48,792 bases of DNA from Gemmatimonas sp. (GTDB lineage: Bacteria > Gemmatimonadota > Gemmatimonadetes > Gemmatimonadales > Gemmatimonadaceae): assembly GCA_031414535.1 (NCBI GenBank), contig JANNVQ010000028.1, positions 1-48,792 of the forward strand, given 5' to 3'. Below are positions 31,768-41,430 of this stretch, piece after piece. Positions within the stretch are counted from its first letter, which is position 1, and each line of letters begins with the position of its first letter. A program made the position numbers and the translations under genes. The notes beneath the pieces are model-generated. The model saw only the letters and a list, made by a program, of their open reading frames with translations. It was not told where the DNA came from and did no database searches.

Positions 31768-33342
31768 CTAGCGATCTTCGCCGGCGCCGGCGCGAATGGC
31801 TTCGAGGTCGAGTTCTCGCTCGATGGTGCCGAGTACTTCGTCGGAAATGGCGTTCTCATTGCGCAAGCGAATCAGCATGCGCCGCTGCGCGGCCAACATC
31901 TTGAGCCGAGCCTGACGTCGGCCTTCGGCGCTGCCGTGATCGAGTTCTGACTCGCGGTGGCGCTCACTGAGCTCCTGGCGTAGCCAATCCACATCCGCGC
32001 GGTGCACACCGACCACGCGCGCGTGGTCCTCGAGAGCCTCGGTCGCACGACGAGCCAGCTCGCGACGGGCCAGCTTCTCCTCAGCCAGATGTCCGTCTTC
32101 AGCAGGGAAGCGCATCCATTTAATGATGGGCTCCAGTGTGAATCCCTGCACGACGAGCGTCACGACGATCACCACCATCGTGATGAGCAGAATCTCGGCG
32201 CGGTACGGAAACGGCGTCCCGTCGCTGAGGGCGAAGGGCAGGGCGAAGGCCGTCGCGAGCGAGACGATACCGCGCATCGAGGTCCACGCGACGAGAGCCA
32301 CGGCCTTCGGGCGGGGCACAGGGTCGGTCTTCCGAATCTCTGCGCTCCACCAGCGTGGAATCCATGTGGCGAGAGGAACCCATGCCAAGCGCACGACGAT
32401 GGCCACCAGCGAGATGATGAGGCCCGTAATAGCGGTGGACGTAATCAGGTTCGCCGGAACGTCGTCCACAATCTTTTCGAACTGCGTGCCCAGCCCAATG
32501 AAGATCAGCGCGTTGAGTAGGAAGATCCACAGGTCCCACACCGCGCGTGATTGCACACGTGACATGGGCGCCACGACCGTGGAGAGGTGTTGGCGCAAGT
32601 AGAAACCACCGGTGACGCAGGCAAGCACGGCCGAGACGTGAATCGTCTCCGCGGCTACCCAGGCGATGTAGGGGCCCACCAGCGTGGCGAGGACCTCCGC
32701 CAGCGAATCCTCCGTGCGGCGTGCGGCTTCGATAATGAGCCAGCCCACGATGAGGCCGATGAGCGCGCCCACACCGGCGTCAATGAAGAAGCGAATGACT
32801 GATTCGCCCCAGCTGAACACACCCGTCACTGCGGCAACGACCGCCGTGCGGTAGAGCACCAGCGCCGAGGCATCGTTCACCAGCGATTCGCCTTCGAGAA
32901 TCACGATGACCCGACGCGGCACCGGCAGACGGCTCACGATGGCCGTCGCGGCAACAGCGTCTGGAGGCGAGACAATCGCACCAAGCGCGATGGCCACGGC
33001 CCAAGGCATTCCAGGAATCAACCAGCGCGCTACCACCGCGACCGCCGCCGAGGTCACGATGACGAGGCCGATGGCGAGGAGCGAAATTGGCCGAATGTTG
33101 GCGCGGAACTCGCGCAAGCTCGTGAAAAACGCCGCCGCCCAGAGCACGGGCGGGAGGAACACGAAGAACACGATGTCGGGGTCCAACTGCGGGATGTTCA
33201 CGCCCGGCAGCAGGCCGATGAGCGCGCCGGCAGCGACTTGAAGAATCGGCGTGGGGATGGGCAGACGGCGCGCGACGGCCGTCACCGCAATGACCAGCGC
33301 CGCGATGACTACACCGATGACGATTGGGGGAAACTGCGTCAT
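31768..33342 (-). CDS. CPA1 family Na+(K+)/H+ antiporter (NhaP/YjcE-like)
   Basis: FLPPVL, GAIVSPPDAVA, ILEGESLVNDAS, MRGIVSLA, QGFTL. Confidence 0.93.
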   Translation of the reverse strand: MTQFPPIVIGVVIAALVIAVTAVARRLPIPTPILQVAAGALIGLLPGVNIPQLDPDIVFFVFLPPVLWAAAFFTSLREFRANIRPISLLAIGLVIVTSAAVAVVARWLIPGMPWAVAIALGAIVSPPDAVAATAIVSRLPVPRRVIVILEGESLVNDASALVLYRTAVVAAVTGVFSWGESVIRFFIDAGVGALIGLIVGWLIIEAARRTEDSLAEVLATLVGPYIAWVAAETIHVSAVLACVTGGFYLRQHLSTVVAPMSRVQSRAVWDLWIFLLNALIFIGLGTQFEKIVDDVPANLITSTAITGLIISLVAIVVRLAWVPLATWIPRWWSAEIRKTDPVPRPKAVALVAWTSMRGIVSLATAFALPFALSDGTPFPYRAEILLITMVVIVVTLVVQGFTLEPIIKWMRFPAEDGHLAEEKLARRELARRATEALEDHARVVGVHRADVDWLRQELSERHRESELDHGSAEGRRQARLKMLAAQRRMLIRLRNENAISDEVLGTIERELDLEAIRAGAGEDR

Positions 33343-33355
33343 CGCGGCAACTGCC

Positions 33356-33910
33356 TTAAATCTTCGGCAGCGTCACTCCCACCTGCCCCTGATACTTCCC
33401 CTTCTTATCCTTGTAGCTCACCAGAGGCCCTTCGTCGCCCTCAAAGAACAACACCTGTGCGATGCCTTCTTTGGAGTAGATCTTGGCGGGCAGGGGTGTG
33501 GTGTTGGAAATCTCCAGCGTCACGTACCCTTCCCACTCCGGTTCAAACGGCGTGACGTTGGTGATGATGCCGCAGCGCGCGTAGGTGGACTTGCCCACCG
33601 TGATGGTCATGACGTTGCGCGGGATGCGGAAGTACTCCACCGAGCGAGCGAGCGCAAAAGAGTTGGGCGGCACGATGCACACGTCGCCCTCAAACTCCAC
33701 GAAGGACTTGGGGTCGAAGTGCTTGGGGTCCACGATGCTGCTGAGCGCGTTCGTGAAAATCTTGTACTCCCGAGCTACACGCATGTCGTAGCCGTACGCG
33801 GACACACCGTAGGAAACCACGCCTTGCCGCTGCTGGGAACTCTCGAAAGGTTCGATCATCCCGTGCTTGGTGGCCTGCTCGATGATCCAGCGGTCGTTCT
33901 TGATAGACAC
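33356..33910 (-). CDS. dcd: dCTP deaminase
   Basis: [38 protein letters not shown]. Confidence 0.96.
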   Translation of the reverse strand: MSIKNDRWIIEQATKHGMIEPFESSQQRQGVVSYGVSAYGYDMRVAREYKIFTNALSSIVDPKHFDPKSFVEFEGDVCIVPPNSFALARSVEYFRIPRNVMTITVGKSTYARCGIITNVTPFEPEWEGYVTLEISNTTPLPAKIYSKEGIAQVLFFEGDEGPLVSYKDKKGKYQGQVGVTLPKI

Positions 33911-34091
33911 TGATGGGTCTCGGTAAGGGTGGGCCGCGGGGCCGATAATCGGTGTAATCTGTCACTTTGCAGGGCTGAATGCAGTAGGCCACAAACGACT
34001 CGGCCCATGAGAGCACTCCGCGTGCGGAGAAACCGCTACCATGTCACATTCCACCCTTTCTTAGGATGCAAAAATAACTAAACTCCGTCAT

Positions 34092-34664
34092 ATGCCCCGT
34101 CAGACGCTGTGCCTCGCTTTTGCGCTCGCGCTCTCCGCGTTCCCTGCAGATGGAATTGCGCAGACTGCAGCGCCCGCCGCCGTGACCCCCGCGGCACGTC
34201 CCACCGCTGATCCCAAGGACGTCGAGTCAATCGATGCCATCATGGCGGCGGTCTACGCCTCCATCTCGGGTCCGTCAGGGCAGCCACGGCAGTGGGACCG
34301 GTTCCGCTCGCTCATGGCGCCCGGCGCGCGATTAGTCCCCACGGGGCGTGCAGCGTCGGGTGAGGGCCGGCTCCGCAATTGGTCGGTGGAGGAGTACATC
34401 ACGGCGGCAGGCCCCGGTCTCGAGGCGGGCTTCTTCGAGCGCGAACTTGGGCGCAAGATGGAGCGCTACGGCAACGTCGTCCACTTGATGAGCGCCTACG
34501 ACTCCAAGCGCACCCTCGCGGATGCACAGCCCTTCGCACGCGGAGTGAACTCGTTCCAACTCTGGTTCGACGGCACGCGCTGGTACGTGGTCTCCATCTT
34601 TTGGGAGGCGGAAACCCCGGCCAACCCGATTCCCCCTGAGTTCCTCAGCGGAGCGCGGCCCTAA
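34092..34664 (+). CDS. Exported hypothetical protein, NTF2-like fold probable
   Basis: Signal peptide; SIDAI..VYASISG...WDRFRSL, RGVNSFQL..DGTRW pattern. Confidence 0.75.
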   Translation: MPRQTLCLAFALALSAFPADGIAQTAAPAAVTPAARPTADPKDVESIDAIMAAVYASISGPSGQPRQWDRFRSLMAPGARLVPTGRAASGEGRLRNWSVEEYITAAGPGLEAGFFERELGRKMERYGNVVHLMSAYDSKRTLADAQPFARGVNSFQLWFDGTRWYVVSIFWEAETPANPIPPEFLSGARP

Positions 34665-35560
34665 TGCGAGTCCCGCGCGCCACGCTCGTCGCTGGCCTCG
34701 CGGCGGGCCTCATGGCGGGCCTCATGGCGGGCTGCGCGCAGGTTGATGTGCCCGTGGGTGGACTCACGGTGTTCGGGAACGGTGCCGTGGCCGGACAACT
34801 GAAGGGCGGTGACATGCGCGAGGTGTCGGGGATGATTGCCTCGCTGGCTCACCCCGGCCACTTTTGGCTCCATAACGACTCGGGCGCTGAGCCTGAACTC
34901 ATTCTGATTGACTCGACGGGTGTCGAGAAAGGACGTGTGCTCGTCGAGGGCGTACGGAACCGCGATTGGGAAGACATTTCGCGTCGCGGGGATACCCTGT
35001 TGATCGCGGAGACGGGTGACAACAGCGCAAATCACGACACCATCTTCGTGTACGCGGTGTTGGAGCCCAAAGCCATCGCGACTCGGTCCGCGACGGCACT
35101 GGCCGTGTATCCAATGCAATTCCCGGATGGTCCGCGTGATTCCGAGTCGCTCATGGTGGATTACGCGACGGGCGACTGGTACATCATTTCCAAGCGCGAA
35201 GACAATGTGCGCGTGTATCGCTACGCTGCACCACAGCGCGCCGGTAGCGTCGCCACGCTTGAGCGTCTCCCGCTCGAGTTGCCGTTTCGCATGGCAGTAG
35301 CTGCCGACATGTCGCCCGATGGCCGCGAGTTCGTCATCAAGACCTACGACTCCATTTATCTCTGGCGCCGCGGCGAGGTGGAGACGATGCTCGCAGCCCT
35401 TCGGCGTGCTCCCGCGAAGCAGCCCTACACGCCGGAGCGCCAGGGGGAGGCCATTGCCTACACCCTGAGCGGCTCCGCCTACTTTACGGCGTCTGAGATT
35501 GAGGTGGACGATCCGCAGTTGCTGATTCGCTATCCCCGCCGGAGCATCAGCAAACCCTAG
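34664..35560 (+). CDS. Putative lipoprotein with beta-propeller-like repeats
   Basis: Lipobox MAGC; E.SG, HNDSG, DWEDI, GDN, DSESL, QGEAI repeats. Confidence 0.75.
   Translation: MRVPRATLVAGLAAGLMAGLMAGCAQVDVPVGGLTVFGNGAVAGQLKGGDMREVSGMIASLAHPGHFWLHNDSGAEPELILIDSTGVEKGRVLVEGVRNRDWEDISRRGDTLLIAETGDNSANHDTIFVYAVLEPKAIATRSATALAVYPMQFPDGPRDSESLMVDYATGDWYIISKREDNVRVYRYAAPQRAGSVATLERLPLELPFRMAVAADMSPDGREFVIKTYDSIYLWRRGEVETMLAALRRAPAKQPYTPERQGEAIAYTLSGSAYFTASEIEVDDPQLLIRYPRRSISKP
34691..34732 (+). repeat. 12-bp tandem repeat in a signal peptide (AGLA-AGLM-AGLM-AG)
   Basis: GCGGGCCTCATG twice exactly (34703-34726), plus degenerate flanking units. Confidence 0.7.
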
Positions 35561-35598
35561 TCTGGACGATCGGCACCACGGGACGCGAGGCTTACCAA

Positions 35599-36267
35599 TT
35601 AGCGGCGCTTGCCGTAGTTGAGCGCCACGCTGACGCCAAAAATGGGCTCGTTGCTCCCCTCGCGGGTCGGAAGCGTCACGCTGGGACGCAGGGACAACTG
35701 GTTGCCGAACACAAACCCCACCGCGACTCCCAGCGTGCCGTAGGTGTCGGTAAACGTTGCTCCTCCGAGTCCCTCAACATTGGTTCGCTCATACTGAAAG
35801 CCGAGTTGGAAGGACGGCACGATGGCGAGAGTCTCAGACCGGCTGAGTTCGCCGCCGAGCGCTAGTCCAAAGCCTGCGCCCGAATATGTCACGTCGCCGC
35901 CAGACAGGGACAGATCGTCGGGGCCGGTTCCGTACATCGCGTTCAGCACGGGGCAGAGCTGCCAGCGGGCGGACTGGCCGAGCGGAACCTGCGAACCCAG
36001 CTGGCCGCGCGCCTCCAAACTCGAATTGCTGCCCCCATTGCGGGTACCGCCGACGCCCAATCCCGCGAAGATCGTGTTGGAGCCGCTCACAAAGTTCGCG
36101 CCAAATTGCTCGTAGTCGGAGGCGAAGGAGGCTCCAGCGTTCAGTTGGAGGTGATTGGCCGAAAACGAGGGGTAGCCGAGGCAGCTCTGCGCGTCGAGAT
36201 TCGACGAAGCAAGGGGCAGGGAAATGGCCAGCAGTGTAAGCACTGAAACGCGAGAGGAAATGCGCAT
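35599..36267 (-). CDS. Putative outer-membrane beta-barrel protein
   Basis: GAGGA Shine-Dalgarno before ATG 36267, signal peptide, alternating Gly/aromatic beta-strand pattern, C-terminal FGVSVALNY. Confidence 0.7.
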   Translation of the reverse strand: MRISSRVSVLTLLAISLPLASSNLDAQSCLGYPSFSANHLQLNAGASFASDYEQFGANFVSGSNTIFAGLGVGGTRNGGSNSSLEARGQLGSQVPLGQSARWQLCPVLNAMYGTGPDDLSLSGGDVTYSGAGFGLALGGELSRSETLAIVPSFQLGFQYERTNVEGLGGATFTDTYGTLGVAVGFVFGNQLSLRPSVTLPTREGSNEPIFGVSVALNYGKRR

Positions 36268-36424
36268 GGTGTCCTCAAAGGGGTGATTTGCCATGCTACC
36301 CGCAGTCCGGCTCCGAGTTCGGGTCCCAACCTAGGGCGGCAGAATCATTGGCAAATTGTTCGGGATTAGAACTCCAAGTCCAATCGCCACTTAGCGTTGG
36401 CCGCGCGTTGCGCGCTTTCAGCCG

Positions 36425-36453
36425 TTGCAAGAGTGCGCGTTCGCCGATAGCTT
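36425..36453 (+). promoter_or_regulatory. Putative sigma70 promoter of the nuo operon
   Basis: TTGCAA-17 nt-TAGCTT. Confidence 0.5.
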
Positions 36454-36473
36454 CCCACCCGAAAGTATTAAGC

Positions 36474-36491
36474 TCGTGAAATAATTCACGA
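36474..36491. promoter_or_regulatory. Rex-type operator palindrome upstream of nuoA
   Basis: TCGTGAA-ATAA-TTCACGA versus Rex consensus TTGTGAA-N4-TTCACAA. Confidence 0.75.
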
Positions 36492-36518
36492 ACCGCGCCC
36501 GCAGCCCATCCCCCCTGT

Positions 36519-36923
36519 ATGGAACGGACGTACCTCCCAGTCCTCTTGCTCCTTGGTTTCGTTGCCGCAAATGCGGTGATGATCTTGGGCCTTTCTCATT
36601 ACTTGACCCGCCATCGGCCGACGCCGGTGAAGCAAGAAGCGTATGAGTCCGGCATGCCGGTACTTGGCGACGCTCGCGAGCGATTCTCAGTCAAGTTTTA
36701 CATGGTGGCCATGCTCTTCATCGTCTTTGACGTTGAAACGGTGCTGTTGGTGCCGTGGGCGGCCTACTATCAACAACTGTCTTGCCGGGGGCCGCTCGTG
36801 AACGGCGTGTGCGCGCCGGAGCAGGTGACCTTCTACGGACTCGGCGTGATGCTGGTCTTCATGACTGTGCTCGTGGCCGGCTTCATCTACGAATGGAAGA
36901 AGGGAGCTATGCAATGGGATTGA
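36519..36923 (+). CDS. nuoA: NADH-quinone oxidoreductase subunit A
   Basis: [35 protein letters not shown]. Confidence 0.96.
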   Translation: MERTYLPVLLLLGFVAANAVMILGLSHYLTRHRPTPVKQEAYESGMPVLGDARERFSVKFYMVAMLFIVFDVETVLLVPWAAYYQQLSCRGPLVNGVCAPEQVTFYGLGVMLVFMTVLVAGFIYEWKKGAMQWD

Positions 36924-37543
36924 TCTCGCGTCCGGACGCATCCGATTTGGCGTCGTGGAATCCGCACACGCAGGAAGGCTGGGTCACCACGCGAATGGAT
37001 TTCCTGGTGAACTGGGGCCGCGCCAACTCTCTGTGGCCGATGCCCTTCGGTACGGCCTGCTGCGCCATCGAGTTCATGGCCTCCGCGGCGAGCAAGTTCG
37101 ATCTCGCACGCTTCGGCATGGAGCGCATGAGCTTCTCGCCGCGTCAGGCTGACGTACTTATCTGCGCGGGCCGCGTGCCCTTTAAACTTGCGCCGGTCAT
37201 ACGCCGCATTTACCAACAGATGCACCAGCCGAAGTGGGTCATCTCGATGGGCGCCTGCGCGTCGTCGGGCGGCATGTTCGACTCCTACGCCGTGGTGCAG
37301 GGCATTGATACCATCATCCCGGTGGACGTGTACGTGCCTGGCTGTCCGCCACGGCCTGAGGGTTTGATCTACGGCATCATGATGCTGCAGGAGAAGATCA
37401 AGCGTGAGCAGATGAGCAACGAGTCGCTGCGAGACGAGATGATGCCGGACCCAACGTCCGAGTTGTACATCTCGCCCGATCGCATTGACGAACTCTCCGA
37501 GCCCTTCGGTAATTCCGTCCATCAGACGCGGTCTGCACCGTGA
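36914..37543 (+). CDS. nuoB: NADH-quinone oxidoreductase subunit B
   Basis: [37 protein letters not shown] at 36914. Confidence 0.96.
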   Translation: MGLISRPDASDLASWNPHTQEGWVTTRMDFLVNWGRANSLWPMPFGTACCAIEFMASAASKFDLARFGMERMSFSPRQADVLICAGRVPFKLAPVIRRIYQQMHQPKWVISMGACASSGGMFDSYAVVQGIDTIIPVDVYVPGCPPRPEGLIYGIMMLQEKIKREQMSNESLRDEMMPDPTSELYISPDRIDELSEPFGNSVHQTRSAP

Positions 37544-38262
37544 GCACTCCTTCTCAGAATCACCAGAAGCCCAGTTTCAGCATCGTGCACCCGGGTCAGC
37601 CGGGAGATCAGCCCAAATCGCTCAAGAACATCGTGCACCGCGGCGGGGCCATGAATCCTTCCGTCGATGCGCTCCGTGCGCGCTTTGGCGCCGCGATTCT
37701 TCGGGCGGAAGTCATCTGGGGCGACACCAACGTCATTATCGAACGCAGCAAAGTCGCTGAGGTCTGCGCCTGGCTGCAGGGCGATCCCTCCGAGAGCTAT
37801 GAGATGCTCGTGGATGTGACGGCCGTCGAGCATCGCGATGCACAGCGCCCCATCGAAGTTGTGTGGCACCTTCGCTCGCTCAAGTTCCGCCGTTTCCTAC
37901 GCCTCAAGGCTGAGCTTCCCAAGGACGGAAAGACGGCCCTCAGCATACCGAGCGTGTGGGGCGTGTGGAAGGCCGCCGATTGGCTTGAGCGTGAGTGCTA
38001 CGACATGTTCGGCATCAAGTTCGAGGGGCATCCCGACCTGCGCCGCATCCTGATGTGGGAGCAGTACAAGGAAGGATTCCCGCTCCGTAAGGATTTCCCG
38101 ATGCGCGGCCGCTTCTCGCGCTCCGAACAGCTCACGCAGGCTCTCGCGGCAAACCCCGAAGCCCGCTACTCCAAGGAAGAGCTCTCAATCTCCGACGCCT
38201 TCGAGGACCTGCCGCTTGATATGCGTCAGCGTCTGCTCGGCGGCGAGAAGACGGGAGAATAA
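37540..38262 (+). CDS. nuoC: NADH-quinone oxidoreductase subunit C
   Basis: [34 protein letters not shown]. Confidence 0.95.
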   Translation: MSTPSQNHQKPSFSIVHPGQPGDQPKSLKNIVHRGGAMNPSVDALRARFGAAILRAEVIWGDTNVIIERSKVAEVCAWLQGDPSESYEMLVDVTAVEHRDAQRPIEVVWHLRSLKFRRFLRLKAELPKDGKTALSIPSVWGVWKAADWLERECYDMFGIKFEGHPDLRRILMWEQYKEGFPLRKDFPMRGRFSRSEQLTQALAANPEARYSKEELSISDAFEDLPLDMRQRLLGGEKTGE

Positions 38263-38267
38263 GGCCA

Positions 38268-39572
38268 ATGGCGACAATGACCGATAAGCGTACCATCGAG
38301 GTCGCGCTCTCCACCACCGGACTGGGACCCGACGGCAAGCCGCAGCGCATTCCGCTCGGTGCCGAGGGTATCTCCACTGGGTATCCGCCAGTGGAGCCTG
38401 AGTTTGAAGGTGAGCACATGCTCATCAACATCGGCCCGCAGCATCCCGCCACGCACGGCGTGTTGCGCCTCGTGCTCGAACTCGATGGTGAAACGGTGGT
38501 GCGATGCATCCCGCACGTGGGATACCTGCACTGCGGCTTTGAGAAGATTGGCGAGTACCGCTAGTACAACCAGATCATCCCGTGGACCGACCGCGAGGAC
38601 TATCTCAACTCGATGGGCAACAACGTTGCCTATGTGTTGGGTGCCGAGCGCCTGTTCGGCATCGAGATCACGGACCGTTGCACGGTGCTCCGCGTCATTG
38701 CGATGGAGCTCTCGCGCATCATCTCGCATTTGGTGTGGCTGGGCACGACGTGCATTGACATCGGTGCGTTCACGCCCTTCCTGTGGAGCTTCCAGGAGCG
38801 CGAGAATGTCTACAACCTGCTCGAGCGCTGGACCGGTGCACGCCTGACCACCAGCGGGACGCGCGTGGGCGGCATGATTGCCGATGTGCCAGAAGGCTGG
38901 ACGGATCAGCTGCAGCACTTCATTGACACCTTCCCCAAGACGCTCGATCAAGTGGACGGGATGCTCAACAAGAACGCCATCTGGGTGGGGCGTACGGTTG
39001 GGCTTGGTGTGATGACGCCGCAGGAGGCTTTGAATTACGGCCTCACCGGTCCGATGCTGCGCGCGTCGGGTGTTGCGTATGATGTGCGTAAGGACGTGCC
39101 GTATCTCGACTACGAGACCTACGACTTCGACGTACCTGTGGGCACCAACGGCGACGTGTACGATCGCTTTCTTGTGCGGCAGGAAGAACTGCGTCAGTCG
39201 GTGCGCATCCTGCAGCAGGCGCTCAAGCGCTTGCCCGACGGTCCCGTGGATGTGAACGATCCGCGCGTCATCCTGCCGCCCAAGCATAAGGCCACGAGCG
39301 AGATGGAAAGCATGATCCATCACTTCAAGCTCGTGATGGAAGGCCCGCGGCCGCCGATCGGCGAAGTCTATGTGCCGATCGAAAGCCCCAAGGGCGAGAA
39401 GGGCTACTACTTCGTATCAGACGGCACGGCCAAACCGGTGCGTTGGCGCATCCGGCCGCCGAGCTTCGTAAACCTCTCGGCGATTCCGAAGATGGTGGAG
39501 GGCCACCTGCTCTCCGACGTCATCGCGATCAACGCCTCGATTGACATCGTGATGGGAGAGATTGACCGGTGA
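38268..39572 (+). pseudogene. nuoD: NADH-quinone oxidoreductase subunit D, interrupted by one in-frame TAG at 38562-38564
   Basis: [15 protein letters not shown] and GYLHCGFEK before the stop; YNQIIPWTDREDY, GPMLRASG, ESPKGE and GEIDR after it, all in one frame (434 codons if read through). May be a sequencing error rather than a true pseudogene. Confidence 0.9.
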
Positions 39573-40114
39573 GCCACGGACCTTCGGCGCCTAGCGCCGC
39601 CCCCCACGGTCATGGACACGACCACGAGCCCTACGCCCCGGTGTTCACTGCCGGCTCGGCGCGCAAGACGGAACTCGACGATCTCATGACGCGCTATCCC
39701 GACAAGCGCGCCACCCTACTGCCTGCGCTTTGGATGATTCAGCAGGAGCGCGGATGGATCAGCGAGGACGCCATGCGCGAGATCGGCGATCAACTCGGCG
39801 TCACCGCCGCCTACGTGAAGGGCGTGGTGACCTTCTACACGATGTACCACCAGCATCCGGTGGGTAAACACTTCATCCAAATCTGCACGACGTCGCCCTG
39901 CCTCTGCGCTGGTGCCGACAAGGTCGTGGAGGCCTTCCTTGAGCACACGGGCTGCAAGGAGCTCGGTCTCACATCTGCCGATGGCAAGTACACGGTGATT
40001 GAGGTCGAATGCCTCGGCGCCTGCGGATTCGCGACGCCCGTGCAGATCAACGAGGACTACGTCGAGAACGTGACCCCCGAAAAGGTCCCACAGATTCTCG
40101 CGGAGCTGAAGTAA
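39569..40114 (+). CDS. nuoE: NADH-quinone oxidoreductase subunit E
   Basis: VTFYTMY, CTTSPC, ECLGAC (cluster N1a). Confidence 0.95.
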   Translation: MSHGPSAPSAAPHGHGHDHEPYAPVFTAGSARKTELDDLMTRYPDKRATLLPALWMIQQERGWISEDAMREIGDQLGVTAAYVKGVVTFYTMYHQHPVGKHFIQICTTSPCLCAGADKVVEAFLEHTGCKELGLTSADGKYTVIEVECLGACGFATPVQINEDYVENVTPEKVPQILAELK

Positions 40115-41430
40115 TGGGATATCCTCACAAGAGCCATCCAAGAGAGACACCCGTTCTCTCTAAGCATTTCGGCAACCCCGACGCGCGCAAGCTCGACACC
40201 TGGAAGTCGCTCGGCGGCTACAAGGCGCTGCAGCAGGCGCTCTCCATGGAACCCACGGCCATTCAGGGTGTCGTGAAGGATTCCGGACTACGTGGGCGCG
40301 GCGGCGCCGGATTCCCGACGGGACTCAAGTGGTCCTTCATGAAGATCGGCGACGGCAAGCCGCATTATCTGGCCTGCAATGCCGACGAATCCGAGCCGGG
40401 CACCTTCAAGGACCGTGAAATCATGCGCTGGACGCCGCATGCGCTCATCGAGGGATGCGCCATTGGCGCCTACGCCATCGGTGCAGAAACGGCCTACATC
40501 TACGTGCGCGGTGAGTTCACGGAACCCATCACGCGCCTCGAAGACGCGCTCGTCGAAGCACGCGCGGCCGGCATCATCGGGAAGAACGCGATGGGCAGCG
40601 GCAAGAACATTGATGTGTGGGTGCATCGCGGCGCGGGCGCGTACATCTGCGGCGAAGAGACCGCATTGATGAACTCGCTAGAGGGCAAGCGCGGCAACCC
40701 CCGCATCAAGCCGCCGTTCCCAGCGGTGAGCGGACTGTTCGGCCAGCCGACGACGATTAATAACGTCGAGACACTGGCCGCCGTGCCGCACATCCTCAAC
40801 AATGGCGCCGAGTGGTACAAGGCGATGTGTTTGTCGTCGCCGAAGAGCACGGGTTCGAAGCTGTTCTCCGTCTGCGGCAACGTGAGTCGTCCCGGCAATT
40901 ACGAAGTCGTGATGGGATTTTCCTTCAAGGAATTCCTGTACGATCTCTGCGGCGGTCCCCTGCCAGGACGCAAGTTCAAGGCGCTCATCCCCGGCGGCTC
41001 GTCCGTCCCGGTGATCACGATTGATGAAGCCGAGTCCGCGAAGATGGATTACGAAGGGTTCATGGAAGTCGGCACCATGCTCGGGTCCGGCGGCGTCATC
41101 ATCTTCGACGACGCGCAATCCATGCCGCGTCAGTTGGCCCGCCTCTCGCGCTTCTATGCGCACGAGAGCTGCGCGCAGTGCACGCAGTGCCGCGAAGGCA
41201 CGGCGTGGATGACCAAGATTCTGGAGCGAATCGTCGCGGGGCAGGGCACCTACGAGGATCTCGATACGATCTTCGATCTCGCCGAGAACATGACGGGGAA
41301 GACCATCTGCGTGCTGTCTGATTCCTGCGCGGCACCGGTGACCAGCGGGATCAACAAGTTCCGTGGCGAGTTCGAGGCGCTGATCAAGGGCAAGCGCTCT
41401 TCCACAGTGGCCGTGGGAGCTGGCCTATGA
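40114..41430 (+). CDS. nuoF: NADH-quinone oxidoreductase subunit F
   Basis: GLRGRGGAGFPTG, NADESEPG, GAGAYICGEETAL, ESCAQCTQCREG; ATG at 40114. Confidence 0.97.
   Translation: MGYPHKSHPRETPVLSKHFGNPDARKLDTWKSLGGYKALQQALSMEPTAIQGVVKDSGLRGRGGAGFPTGLKWSFMKIGDGKPHYLACNADESEPGTFKDREIMRWTPHALIEGCAIGAYAIGAETAYIYVRGEFTEPITRLEDALVEARAAGIIGKNAMGSGKNIDVWVHRGAGAYICGEETALMNSLEGKRGNPRIKPPFPAVSGLFGQPTTINNVETLAAVPHILNNGAEWYKAMCLSSPKSTGSKLFSVCGNVSRPGNYEVVMGFSFKEFLYDLCGGPLPGRKFKALIPGGSSVPVITIDEAESAKMDYEGFMEVGTMLGSGGVIIFDDAQSMPRQLARLSRFYAHESCAQCTQCREGTAWMTKILERIVAGQGTYEDLDTIFDLAENMTGKTICVLSDSCAAPVTSGINKFRGEFEALIKGKRSSTVAVGAGL

Noticed and set aside
34016..34029. Short palindrome CTCCGC-GT-GCGGAG in the divergent dcd spacer
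   Set aside because: A 6-bp GC-rich arm is expected by chance; no second copy seen
38268..38564. Treating the 98-aa ORF and the 319-aa ORF (38613-39572) as two genuine genes
   Set aside because: The gap between them encodes the conserved DRxDY motif in the same frame, so this is one gene with one stop
38562..38564. Genome-wide TAG reassignment or pyrrolysine
   Set aside because: TAG terminates gap, tpiA, carA and tsaC at their expected C-termini, and no pyl genes are in the window
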